From positions 310,001 through 374,000 of the forward strand of contig JALMLS010000015.1 in NCBI GenBank assembly GCA_038496445.1: a stretch of 64,000 bases of DNA, in the 5' to 3' direction. Under the pieces are notes generated by a model that saw only the letters and a list, made by a program, of their open reading frames with translations, was not told the origin of the DNA and ran no database searches. The translations under genes were made by a program, and so were the position numbers. This document shows, one piece after another, positions 12,215 to 25,796 of this stretch. The stretch's first letter is position 1, and each line of letters begins with the position of its first letter. This DNA is from Trichosphaerium sp. ATCC 40318. Lineage: Eukaryota > Protista > Tubulinea.

Positions 12215-14470
12215 TTACACCAAGTCTATGGCAGAGGTTGGACGCAATTCAAAGTCCTGTATGACTCCACCTTCTTCGGTGACATCAACTTGTTGAGAAC
12301 TACATCTGTATCCTTCCGCACAAGCAGACACTGTCCATGTACCTTCCGGTAACCATAGGAAATAAGATCCTAAAGTATCAGTCAATTAGAAGCCACCACA
12401 GACAATAAATGGACACATTGTTAAATTAAAAGTACTCATACCTGTTCTTGAATTTGTTGGTCTCTCCTCATCAAAGAACCACGTAATTTCTTCATAATAT
12501 TAGAAAACCATTAAAGGGAGAATTCAACAACTTTTTTTTTGTCGTACCATCAACGTCAAGGAAAGCTTCAACAGGCTCACCAGTATCTCTATCAGTAACA
12601 TGTCCTGAAAGTGGTATTGGGAGAGTTAGATAGTATAAAGTGCCTGGCCACACCTAGACAATTGTTTAATAAAGCCAGGTTAGAAAGAGTAACTCACCCG
12701 TAGGACTTCCTCTCTCATGGCATCTGCAGGTGGTTGAAAGGTTGTTCCTGTTTCGATAAGCGTTGCAAGAGTACCAGAATCATGGTATGCTGTGTGAATA
12801 TCGCCTCCCATTGCAGTAGAAGCTTTAAAAAAGTAAGAAAAGAATTTACTGATTTTTTGTTTTCATTGTAAATCGTGCATGCAAGAACATATGACATAAA
12901 CTCTGCGAGTGTATCACCAATTTCTAAAGTTAACCATTATTAAAAACGTCGCTGAAATCTATTTTAACCGCTTACCATCAAACAAGGCCTTTATGCATGT
13001 TGGTAGTGGCGTGCCTCCTCCATAGTTAGGTCTTGTATCTGCGAGGATTATGATTAACAATTTGCGTTACACCGACAAACGGACCTCTTGAGAAACTGTG
13101 CCAATCTATCAACTTGGCAAATCTGCGATCTCTTTGAAAAGCGATCATGGTTTGTGTTTCGGCCTCACTCGCTGGGTTTCTTCCTCTGAAAGTATTGGAG
13201 AATGGATTGGTAGAACCACCTATGTGAAACACGTTAGGGCTGACAAGAAGAAGGATGCTTTTCTAAGTACCACTTGGGAAATCCCATCCGAATGGGTAGT
13301 TACGGTTCAAATCAATACCGAACGCGCCACCGCCATTATTGCGTCTGTTCTTCCTCCAGAACGCGTTTGTAGTCCACGTGTAATCAAGACCATCTAAAAA
13401 AATTTTGTTTGTCATTTCCGCAGTTTTTTTTCGGGTTTTTGTTCTAACGAACCTGGATTCATTGTCCAGATAATATATATCTGGTTCTCCTCCACCAGCT
13501 CTGTTAGGGTAGTTTCTCCATCCAAATAACCGTTAACCAAGCGCTCAGCGGCATCAAGAGCAAGTTGAGGACTGTTTAATGGTTAGGCACGTGGTTTCGG
13601 CAAAATATTATTACTATTCTAATATATTTTCTGAACTTACGTTATGAGTTCTCTTGAATGATGATTAGCTACAAGCAAGATGTTTGGTTGATCTTCGTCC
13701 TTATAAAGAATAAGAGAGTTGGGGTAACATATTTAAAAACTCGGGGTTCGTTTAAAAATAAAAACCGTACCGCTGTCACGTTTTCTGATATTTTTAGAGC
13801 GTAAATAGATTGTCCTTCAACTGTAAATTCAGTATTATAGATATCAGTTAAATCTTCGAGTTGTGCGATATCAGGCGCTGTTAAAAGAGCTGTCAGCAAT
13901 AGTATACGTTTTTACTATTGAAAGGCAAAAAAAGTTTTTATTTTGTTTTGACGCTAGTGTTCGTCACGTGCCTAACTCAGCCAAAGCCGTAAATTTATCA
14001 AACAAGTCTTGAGGTGTGTCGTATCCGAGCGGTGGGTTTTTTAAGCCTTGCATCCTCCTCTCTTGGATTTTATAAAACGGTTCACCTTTTAATTGTACGT
14101 TAGTCTTTCTAGCGCCGTGCTTATAATAAGAGTGTTTTGTCAAATAGTGATTAAATTGTGGAATGCCTCCTTTTATTTTTTTTGCTTTTTTTTGGAGTTC
14201 AACATTGAAATTTCGTTATGGCTACAAGCCGACGCGCGTACCTATTTCCTTGGCAATGATGTTATAGCCCAAAGATTTGAATAAAGCTTCATCATTATTA
14301 CATCCAATAACAAGAAGTGTAGAGTCATTTTTAGGGTATACATCGAACCCACGTTCTTTAAGGGCTGATTTTTTCAGCTTCCCTTCCAAAACGTAACTAT
14401 TTAGCCATAGATCATCAGAAACCGCCAATGCTATAAAGCAAAGGGTAGATAAGAGTATGAAGAGCTTCAT
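12215..14470 (-). CDS. Secreted M14 zinc carboxypeptidase (carboxypeptidase T-like) with C-terminal regulatory-type beta domain
   Basis: Signal peptide; HHSRE (HxxE), WRKNRR, GIDLNRNY, FRGRNPASEAET, IDWHSFS. Confidence 0.9.
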
Positions 14471-15213
14471 ATCGTGTGTTGTTTGTTTAAAAATGGTCCT
14501 TTTAGATCACACACAGTTCACCAATCACTTCGTCAATAGAACCCGTTTTGAAAAATAAAGTAATATCCATAAAATAACTAAAAAACTAAAACGGGCAATA
14601 TGTATTTGTGAATAGGGTTGCCGTGAGTGTAGGCTATAAACCATTCTACGTAGTTTTGGTGTTGCCCGAATACCAGACAACCAAACAAAACCTAAAAGGG
14701 AGTATAGACTAGCACCAGCTGAACAAGTTATTACTTTTTTAGTATTACTTTGTGATCAGGCAGATATATGCAGTTTTATTTGCTTTATAGGTTGTGGCAT
14801 AAACTTTCATTCGTAAGAATTTTAGGAGCGCTATTCTTGGATCTTTTGTATTTTTGTACAAAGTTATCTTACCAACAAAATCACGTTTAATAAATTATAA
14901 TCACGTGAAAATAAAATGTTGTTGATAATTATCAACTAAAAGAGCTATTAGTTGTAGCTCGTAACAAACGTAAGGTAATGTCCAAAACGGCTACATAAGC
15001 CAGGGCTTTAAACTATGATATTTAAAAGGGATCACAAACTGAAACAAAATCTGCTTAAAGAAACCCGTAGAAATTACCTGCTGTGCTTTTCCAAACACCA
15101 AAATCCGCACTAGCTGCATTCAAACAACTGAACCTTGTGAAGTAGATCATCTGATATTGCCCTATTTTTGACTTGCTTGTAACAACATCAGAAAACAATT
15201 TAAATATGAAGAT

Positions 15214-16563
15214 TTATTTTCGTAAGATGTCAACTGTCTTTTTGTTTTTTTCTTTATTTGAAGCTTAGACAGTTTCTTGTATAAATTGTACGCAGTGCGT
15301 ATACTGCAAGTAATGCTAAAAATAAAATCTCTTTGGAACAGACATTTTTATCCATACATAAAGGCAGGAAGAGGTGGCTCTTCTTCTGGTTCGGGATCTA
15401 TGGCACCTGCAGGCATTTGACCCAGCACTTGATTCAGCATTGCAAGCATCTGCATGGGGTCTATAAATCACTTCATTAACCCTATTCAATAAATAAAAAA
15501 TCCGCACCTGGTTGCTGTTGTGGTTCATTTTCTTGTGGTTGTATAGCCGGTTTCAGAGACGTAATCTATTGATTGGCGTTAACATGTGATGCACACGGTA
15601 ATGTTTGAGTCCAACAAAAGGGAGACAGCAAAGAAGTATACACTTACCATGACGTTAAGAAACAAGTATCTTGGAATTGGTTGATACTTCGCCAAGCTCT
15701 CTATTATCAATATATTATCTCCTACAGGCTGCTGGCCATTCCATCTACCGCCATTAACTGTAGTTGTAGTAACATCCATCCAATTCTCTATTTTCAGAAA
15801 ATATTAGCAGACTCAAAAAAACAAAACCGTTTGTACCTCTGTCAGGCGTCCATTGCCACATTTGCTCTTCGTATATATAACGCCAGTGTATAGGTGTAGC
15901 AAATCTAGCTATATTGACATAAAACCCTTGCTACAGAGATTGTCAGTCAGAGAACAAATAATAAAATTTTTTTTTTTGGGATTTCTCTTGTACCTCATCT
16001 GGAAGGCTTCCTCCGTATATTTTTGTGAAGAAGTTCTTTGCTTGCTCTGGAATATCGTTTGGCATTGTTCTCGTTTGCTTCAAGATTACCTTATGAGCTA
16101 TTTTGTATAGTTCATGCCATTTTATTTCTACGGCACCTGGTATTACACCAGTGATTCTGCAAGTGCGTTAGGTACGTTTGTAGAAGTGTTTTAAGAAAAT
16201 GTACTTGATTTTAAGTAATTTATGAAATGCGTTCTCCCAAATGTCTTCAGACGATGCAATTTTGCGCCAGTGTCTATTAAAAGTTAATTACAAAGTAGTT
16301 AGTGTACAAACGAACCGACACACTCTAGAGGCTGCTGAAACATGATTTCCGCGTAGATAAAGAAATATCTAAGCTTATTAGCGCCATGTGTAAGATTTTA
16401 AGCATACTTCTTTAATAATTTCCTTTGGAAGAGCCAGTCCGTTTGCAGAAGGTGCTAGTGGTTTTGGTGCGTGTCTTTTATACAGATTTGGTGAATGTTT
16501 TGAAGCAAATGCCAACAGTTTACTCTGATCTTCACTTGACAGGTCAGAAAATAGCTTTTCCAT
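15214..16563 (-). CDS. F-box protein, C-terminal region unrecognised (multi-exon)
   Basis: Spliced N-terminus reads LALPKEIIKE-IFLYLRGNHVSAASRVC..HWRKIASSEDIW. Confidence 0.65.
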
Positions 16564-16993
16564 GTATGCGTCAATACAAATTATACGTGGACAATTAAGC
16601 CAATCGTTCAGCTGTCAAGGAAATGTACTACCACTCTGCCGCCAATGCGTCATTGCGAAACCGAGCGTCGGAGGAACATAGCAGCACATGTTCTTTCTTT
16701 AATGGCGGAAAACGCTAGCTGCAGTCTAAATTGGGCGCATAGTTGAACCTTGAAAAACAATTGTTTGCTTTCATTTGTGACTAAAAAAAAGAGTAACGAA
16801 AGCTTCTGTTGCAAGCTTGATAGTTTACTGTTTGTGGCACGTGCTTCTCTTTCGGTGATTTCTCGCGATTGAGCACATTTGCTTTCGCGCCCAATTACAT
16901 GTATGTAATATTAATCGCGTATTTATCAACTCATGCAAGCTATGTTTGCTGTTTACAATTTTTGACTGATAGAGCCTGTTATTTTGCAACGCT

Positions 16994-19220
16994 ATGCTTC
17001 GGACAGCGTTTATTCTAGCGCTAGCATGCTTGTTAAGCGAAGTGGGAGCGTATTCACCAGTGGTAAAGACAAACAGCGGTGAAATAAGTGGCAAATACGA
17101 TGGATATGGAGCAAGAGCGTTCTTGGGTATTCCGTACGCTAAACCACCGTTAAACAATCTAAGGTGGCGACAACCGTCCCCAATAGATCCCTGGTACGTA
17201 AATATCGCATCGTAGCGTTATATTGCATTCGCACAGACGTTAACCTATTTTTTTAGGAAGGTGCCATTGAACGCTACATCATATGGCGCTAGCTGTCCGC
17301 AACCTGGTGGGTGCGTACAGAACAAGTAGTGCGAGCTTGTGCTTTTTTTCTGACTTTTTGGGAAGTTTTGATCAACCTGTTGGCCAATTGGATGAAAGTT
17401 GTCTTTTCTTGAATGTCTGGGCACCACATGATAACGTAGAAGGACGACCAGTAATGTTTTGGATTCATGGAGGTAGTTTCCAGGTAAACAAATATCCAAG
17501 CTGTTTCTGTTTTTGTCTCATTCAAAACATAGCAAGGTTCTGGTGCTGAACCTCGATTGAATGGAAGTTATATGGCATCATCAACTGGAAATATTGTAGT
17601 TACTGTAAATTACAGGTTATCTGCAATTGGATTCCTTACTCACAGGTACGTCTACTTCCAAAATTGCTATTCCATTATTAACTTTTTGGTTTTTTTTAGA
17701 TTGTTACAAAACGATGATCCAACTTTTCCTTCTGTAGGTAATTATGGTCTTTTAGACCAAAGACTAGCCTTGAAATGGGTTAGAGATAATATTGAGGCTT
17801 TTGGAGGAGATCCTAAGCTTGTCACAATAATGGGGTAAGCGAGAATTAACTGAAATGTAGAAAAAAAGTAATGGATTGTAGGCAATCAGCTGGTGGTTTT
17901 TCAGTGATGTATCATTTGATAATGCCTCGTTCATATCCTTTGTATCATAAAGCTATAATAGAATCTGGAGGATTTAATACTCTACCTCTGAATATTGGTA
18001 CAAGACACGCATACTTAACTTCAATGGTCAAGTTGTGCTTTTTTTTTGAAACTAAAGTTTGATGCGCTTGTATTAACATCCTTTTCTTTAGCTGAAGAAC
18101 GAGGGGATTACCTCCAAAAAGAACTAAACTGCATGAAGCAAGATCCAAAAAAGGCGTTAGAATGCATGCGGTCTAAGGACTGGCAAGAAGTCATAAAAGC
18201 AACAGCAAATGTCCCAATGTTCGTTTAACAAACCCTAATTCCGAGAGAATGAGCAACTCATTTCTTCAGGCCAGGCTATGGACCAGTAGTAGATGGTTAC
18301 ACAATATCAAAAATGCCCCTTACACTATGGGAGGAGGGTAATTTCAATGAAGTGCCTCTACTAGCCGGTGACGTACTTAATGAAGGTAAGCAAAAAATTT
18401 TATCTTTTTACCCATTCCTGATAATAGTTCAAAGGTACACTCTTCATACCACATGATAACGTAGTATCAAACAGCGCTTACGCACACTACGTAATATCTA
18501 TTTTTATCTGTTGGTTGCTTATTGAATGTTACGTTATAGGTGGAAGCTATCATCGGAGATAAGGATATTGCAAAAGCGTTGTTAGCTGAATATCCTTGCG
18601 AAAAGTACAATGCTTCAAATTGTTTCTTTGCCCAGGCAGCTCTTTTCGGTGATTTTCTACTTACGTGTCCTACAAAGATTGTTAGTGATTTTATGGCATC
18701 AAGTGCGTATTGAGAACGAATTTAACATTACCGCTAACAATGTTTTGCCTAGAACGGAAAGATGTTTTTGGATATGTATTTGAACATCATCCTTCTTGGA
18801 ATAATGATCCTATTCTTGGTGTATATCACTCATCAGAAATTGACTTTGTATTCTCTACTATAAATAGCCGTTCTAGTTATACAGAACAAGAATTAGATCT
18901 AGCGTATGTAGTCTCCCTAGAAATATTGAGTTAAAACAAGATTTGTTTTAAATCGAACTTGTTATTCGTCATTTTAATTACAGCCTAGGCATAAAATGAC
19001 TGCTTTTTGGGGTAACTTTGCCACATGTGGTACACCTAATGGATGTAATGAGTCTCCGTTGGCCACTAACGAAGTCTTCAAATGGCCTGAATATGGAATA
19101 AAAGGTGATAGTTCAAGAATTGGACTTCAAGTTTCAAAGTTCAAACAGATAAACAACTGGAAAGAAAGCAAGTGCGCTCTTTGGAAGTCCTTGTATCCAA
19201 AAATACCACATACCTTGTAA
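16994..19220 (+). CDS. Secreted type-B carboxylesterase / cholinesterase-like alpha/beta hydrolase
   Basis: [62 protein letters not shown] nucleophile elbow, GVYHSSEI. Confidence 0.95.
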
Positions 19221-19518
19221 CAAGCTATCGTCATAATAAGTCTAAGTAAACTAACAGTGAAAACTCACTTGATAGTCGTTAATATTTTTTCCACTTTACT
19301 TGAAGACTGTAAAAAATAAGGCTAGGTTCATTACCATCCGCCTGAGTACTTCCTCCATACCAGCCTTGCTTACATCAGAAACCTGTTCTCCAAGGTCTTA
19401 AGGAACATAATTGACACCATCCATGCAAGTGATGTTTCAAATAACTCAATAGTCGAAGTGGTCATAGTGACGTTTGAATAATTTTGAAAACGTTTCTCAT
19501 TTTTTTTTTAATCATTGC

Positions 19519-22130
19519 ATGACCTCGCCTCTAGATTTGTCACATCCCCGAATACCTATTGAGGTTAGATCTATACATATATTCAAGCGTTAACACACCT
19601 TATAATGTCGGTTTAGATAGCACATGTAATATTTACTTTAATACCAATCAAAGAGAGTGGTAAGCACTTATTTGCGCGTAACAGATGCTAATTATTAAGT
19701 TGCGCTTCCATTGGTATCAAGAGGTTGGGAAAGCGTTTATTCTTCCGAATCGTTTTGGGTAAACACCTTCTAGCATCAATATTAACCTTTAAAAACGCCT
19801 AGGCAAGTAAATGCTTGGGATACAAATGGGTTAAAAGACTTCCACAAGGGATAACTTGGAAACAACTGTTTAGAGAGCGTTATCCACTGCATGAACACGC
19901 TGTATCTCAAAGACTTGTAAAAGAAGGTTAGGACAGTTGTGAGTTTATATCACGTGACTTGATGTAGCTCAACATGGTAAACTACTTTCTTGGTCAAGCG
20001 ATAACTTGGAGATAACGTATATTGGAGCTAGAAGAACTCCTAAGGTAGGCGAAGCTGTCAAAGTCTTTTTTTTTTTTTACTTTTTTGGGTTCTAGAGTTG
20101 TCAAGCATCAAAGCCAATGAGACCACTCCCTTTTGGGAAAGTAGCATCTATTGGATATTATGAGATATATGTGATTAATGTAGGAGACAAGCCTAGGTAA
20201 GTTGTTTGCAAGCAATCTTTTTCTGGTAACCTTTTTCTTTTCAGCGTTGTAACTATGGGAGCTGCTATCAATTCTTTTTCCAAGAATAATGCAATACCTG
20301 GGTGGTTAAAGTTTTCATATGGATACCATGGGTAAGTAATTTTTGTTTATCCATGTATTTTGTAACCCTAACTGCTGTTAAGAGATGATGGGGGTATTTA
20401 TTTTGGTTAGTTCTTTTTTATTTTTTTTGTTGTATTATTTATTGCTGTAGAAAATGGATTTACGTACATAAAAGAAGAAAAGTGGGGCCTTGGTGATACA
20501 ATAGGATGTGGGTTCGACTTTCAAACAAATAATATATTCTTTACAAAGAATGGAAAGCTCATTCACAGCAGACTAGTTTACGAAATTGAGGTGTGGTATT
20601 TTTTTTGATAAGCATTAACTTTAGATATTAGATAATCAAAGGTCAATTACTTCCAACAATAGGGATGAGGTCAAAAAACGCTTGCTGTAGTGTAAACTTT
20701 GGACAAGAGCCGTTTAAGTTTGATGTTATTGCGTACATAAGCAAGCAATGTACAGTTGTGATAAACTATCAATAAGAAAAACCTTAACATTTTTATTCGA
20801 TAGGTATCAACTACCAAGAGAAGATGCTTATAGTACCCAAAGTACTTTAACATAATATTGATAATTAGTCACTACTGACCGTTTTTTGACATAAACTATT
20901 TATATGTGACGTCACATTAATTACAGTATAGTACAACAATGTTAAAGCTGACTGGGAAATCATCAAAAAAACATACGTGTGTTGGGAGTGGCTAGATGCT
21001 GAACTAAGTAAGAAAAAGCAGCACAACTTATTACTTATCAATTGTAGATGCACTGGGACAATCTGTTTTTCTGGAAAATAAAGCATTGATAGACTACTTC
21101 AAAAGATTGCTTACTCGGGTCGGTTTGGATATGCATCTAGCATCAGAGACTGTAAGTTGTTTATATTTTTATTTTCTTATTTCTTATCAGTTTTTTTTTT
21201 TTCAACAGGAACTACCTAAAGTACTTGTTGGCTTCTTAGAGCATATTGTACCAAGCCGCTTGGAACAACACATTAGAGAATGGTGCAGTATTGAAGATCC
21301 AGGAATACATCATGACAAAGAAGCAGCTTATAAAGTATGGCTTGCTAATATGTTAAAACCTGAGTTTACATGGGAAACTGGGCACACAGCAGAAACTAAA
21401 GCGTACCTCCTTGATAATAATGTTTACTATCCAGGTACATATTATTATAACTGTTATAGATATTGACGCTAACTAAGGTGATTCTGAAAGTGTCAAGACT
21501 GAGAAAACCAAAGCTTACTTTATAGCTGCCCTAGGAAAATATAGGAAGAAATTGTACATTCTTCTTTTGGCAACACAATTTCTTTTCTTGAAGAGAACTG
21601 AAAAACTTTTAATTATGTTTGCTCATTTTTATATCTCATTGTTATGCTAGAGCAATCATGTCATTATCAGTACTAAACAATCTTCAAGAAATACACTTCT
21701 ATATTCGACATGCAATTATTAAGCATGTTGTTGATTCAGCTGTAAACCTTGTATTTATACAACGTATCATTATATTGATTAATACATTAGGGCTGTTACG
21801 ATGAAAAGAAAACTTGGGAAGAGATGTGTCACGATACAAAATTGTGCTTAAAACCAATAGTTTTATTTTTAATCTAATCCTCTTAGATACTACGAGAACG
21901 AACTTTGCCATGACAATGTTCAAACCTGATACACCAAAAGAGAAGCACCACATTCGTATGTTCTTTCTCGGTTTATATGCCCTATCTTACATTTTTGATG
22001 TAGGGTATTAGTGTTCCTTATTTTCTTTGTTCGTTTTGTGCACGTGGCGTTATTCACTTTGGAATAAACAACTTATTGTAGCATGACATGAAGCTTCATT
22101 TGGAGATGATGTTACTAGCTTAGTCGACCA
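19519..22130 (+). CDS. F-box + SPRY (RanBP9-like) domain protein; 3' end approximate
   Basis: IPIE-IAHVIFTLIPIKESVALPLVSRGWESVYSSESFW (F-box); YYEIYV..PGWLKFSYGYHGDDG..GDTIGCG..FFTKNG..VNFGQEPFKFD (SPRY). Confidence 0.8.
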
Positions 22131-22362
22131 TAAATAATTCTGGCTAAAGCAAGAGTTGAACATCATTTTTGGTATTTCAGCCTTCAAAAGCTTTAAGTTC
22201 ATCCTTGAACACGTGTTTTGTGTTATCAGTACAGTTTGCCTACACGCCGCTGAATTGACGTTCATACGATGAAACTGCGTAATAAATGTGCTACACAGAA
22301 CCCTAAGAAGACAACTTTAGGAAAACTCAATAATTTTACCATTTCACCAAAAGTACCAAACC

Positions 22363-25300
22363 ATGAGCGCAAAGTTCGGATTGAAACCAGCCAATCCACC
22401 ACCACCCTCTCATCATCATATGACGCATCAGCCTCACGGAGCGACAGTTGGTGGCGAAACAAAGGTTTGCGATTTTTGCCAAAGTTTAATCCCTGTAAAA
22501 GCCACCAGATGCCGTTATTGTCACGGTGCTTTGTCGAATACAACATCAACTGACAAAAAGGTACGCTCCGCCTCAAGAAAACACGTAAACCTTCGAAAAA
22601 CTGTCAGAACCCCTAAATCGCTGCGTGTATCCACATACCAACTAAATGTTGATATTTTGCGTTCTCTTTTACTTTTCGTTTCTTGTAAATGCTTACGTCA
22701 GCCAGGGTTTCCAAATTATAAACAAACAGACGCTTGTCAGTGGCGCCAATGTGACTACAGTCTGGATAAAGTTAACATCGCCTTACATCATTCAAACAGT
22801 GCGTCAAAACCGACCTGACGATCCAGTGATGCTTGAGAAAGAACCTATGATTGAGGCTGATCAGATGGTACAGAAATATTGTCAGTTTTGTTACGAAATG
22901 TGTTAACGGTTTGTTTTTTGTAGTTTACAATGCTCGATTATCTTCGTAGTCTATTCTCGAGAAACCTTCGCGGTGCTGTAAGTTTTGTTTTATTATTCTC
23001 ATTGACAAGGTTGTTCTGACCTCCAAGTTAGAATCAAGGCATGGTAGCTCTCAAGGAGTTGACAGCGTGGCTTGAAAAGGAGTATGAGGAAAGGGTACGT
23101 GCGACACAATGAATGACTTGTTTCGTAGTGTTCATCTAACAAATGATGTAGAAAAAGCTGTACGAAGAAATGTTGAAAAAAGGAGACATCATATTCGAAG
23201 CTTTACAGTACTACTTTTCTCGTGGTAAACGTATTGTTGGTTCAGAAGGCAAATACTTGGTATGACACACTCTTTTTCTTTCAGAGAAATTGCCACGTGA
23301 CGCTCATCTTTCTTATTCTCAATTTAATACTCATGTACTTGTTTAGATTGCATCCAAGGTAAACTCATCATCTTATGAGCGTACAATGTTCTCGTATTTC
23401 TTTTTGATGAAAGGAGATGTCATCAAAACAAATGGTGATCATTTTTTTGCTACTCAACACAGCTTCGTTGTCCCTCACTTCAAAGGCATAAGGTACGCCA
23501 TTTCATACTATTTATTGGTTTATAGTTTGTATTTTTTTGAATTGTAACAACAAGGTAACTGTTGGTTTAGAAAACTCTCATCGCTTCCAGTGAAGCTGGT
23601 TGATGATGAAACTCTTGCACTTCTCACAGAACGTGGCAAACTTTTCAACTCAGTTGGTAAAGGATCTCATTACCTCGCTTTCAAGGGTATGCATTCCTCA
23701 ACCATTTTTGATAATTAACACATTATATTGCAGGTACAATGCGTTGGAAGTCTCAGCGAAGAGGGTTTATCACTCAATGGAAAGCAGACGGTCGTATCAT
23801 GGTTGATTGCGGTTCTTTCAATAAGATCAATCCAAGTTACACAGAGTACTCTGCAAATCGGAACATGCATCAATTTGTACGCCACCAACATCAAGTGTGA
23901 GGTGTTTTTGTAACTGAGTATTTAGGGAGGTCGTAGACAACAAGGAAGTGGAGAAGAAATCATGACTGTTCCAGAAGTAAGCTAACCTATTTAATTTGTG
24001 TTTTCGGGAGTTTTCAGGGATAATATTATTGATCTTTACGGGGTATGGGAAACTGCTATTGTCAGACGGAAATTTCATGACTTTACTGTTTCTAACATGA
24101 AAATTTCGGGAACACAAATTTATTTTTTATGTTGACTACAAAGCGCAGAGTCTGAAAATGGATTCAATGTTTTGTGACAAGACTGTTTTCAATGACTTTG
24201 TTGACACCTTTTATTGATATTGTTTTGCCTTACCTCTAATGCAATTCAAGGAAGATTGGTATCGTACATGGCCCACAATTGGAGGATTTTCATTTGCAGT
24301 CAAGAAATGGGGTGAAATTCCAATTGGGAATGCATTTGAAATCACATTCGATGATGAAGCTTACAAACGACTTGTTCTTCCTGAAAAGAAAAAAGAACTG
24401 ATTGAAGCGCTTGTCAAACACTCTGACAATACATTCGCTGATGTCATCAGTGGAAAGGGAGCTGGTTCGGTGTTTCTATTGCATGGTACGTGACACAAAT
24501 CGTCAAAAAGCAATACCTCCAATTGAAAATCCAAGTTCAAGATTAATGTCTTTCTCGCTCTTTTGTTGGTTTTTTCATTACAATCAACACTAAATACAAT
24601 GCATAGGACCTCCTGGTACTGGTAAAACACTGACAGCTGAAGCCATTGCAGAGGTAGACCTCATTGAGATACACCCGTTTACTCACTTTTTTATTTTTAT
24701 AGATGTTAAGAAAACCTTTGTACTCGATCACTGTTGGTGAGTTGGGAACAACAACTGATGTCCTTGAAACGAAATTACGTGATATTCTTGATGTCGCTTC
24801 TGTCTGGGATGCTGTCATTTTGATGGACGAAGCAGATGTATTCCTTGAAAGGTAAACCAACCAAGCCATAGCAAGTAGTTGTTCTGAAACTTATTCTTTT
24901 GTCAAGGCGTTCAAAGAGCGACATTAATAGAAATGCCATGGTTGGTATCTTTCTCAGACTTCTTGAGTATCATCAAGGAATCTTGTTCCTCACAACTAAC
25001 AGGTACACTTCATGCGAAGGTTAAAAGAAGGTACATACTAATAAAAGCGATTTAGAGTTGAGTATTTTGATGAAGCGTTCTACAGTCGTATCACTGTTGG
25101 TCTCAAGTATCCGCAACTTGATATTGATGCTCGTATCAAAGTGTGGCAAAACTTTTTGGACATGGCAAAGATTGACAATGTGAATGGTCCTGAGCTTGCC
25201 AAGCACGAACTGAATGGAAGACAAATCAGAAGTGTGATTCGTTTGGCAATGGCCGTTGCCAAGAAACAAGGTACGCCTTTAAACAAGCCAAGTTCTTTTA

Positions 25301-25451
25301 TGTTTAACACATGTGGATTGTTTTGAACTGACCTTTATTGCTTGAACTAGATCGTACTCTTGTTCAAAAAGATATTGAAGATACCATCAATGTCACAAAG
25401 CAGTTCAGAGAAGATATTAACACTGCTGCAGCAGAATCAAACAATATTTAA
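22363..25451 (+). CDS. AAA+ ATPase paralog 3 (inverted relative to paralogs 1 and 2)
   Basis: VCDFCQSLIPVKATRCRYC; GPPGTGKT; DEADVFLE; exons near-identical to paralog 2. Confidence 0.88.
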
Positions 25452-25796
25452 TTGAAATGTTTGAACATGTGCTTGTTACACTGGTAATAAAATGAATTGC
25501 AAACTAAATAATGTTTTGAAATCACTTAATAGTAGTTGCCACAACTTGGAATGACAAAAGTGTAATTAAACTGCTATTGAAAAAAACAATATCAACAAAA
25601 AACCTTTGAAATTATTTCCTTGTCCTGGTACATACCAGTTTTCAACACATTCTTAACAACAACCAAAGCTATTGAACGCTGGTCACTAAGCTACTGTTAT
25701 AGTTTTATCAAATTTTATATTAAAGTTGTCTCAGAGTCCAAAGTAGCCACGTGCTGAAAGAACAAAGTTGTGCTGTTTATTGAAAAAAAAACTATG

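Noticed and set aside
16630-16750. GC-richer spacer with short stems between divergent genes (possible ncRNA)
   Set aside because: The stems are only 6-7 bp and match no RNA family motif I know; a bidirectional promoter is a simpler explanation.
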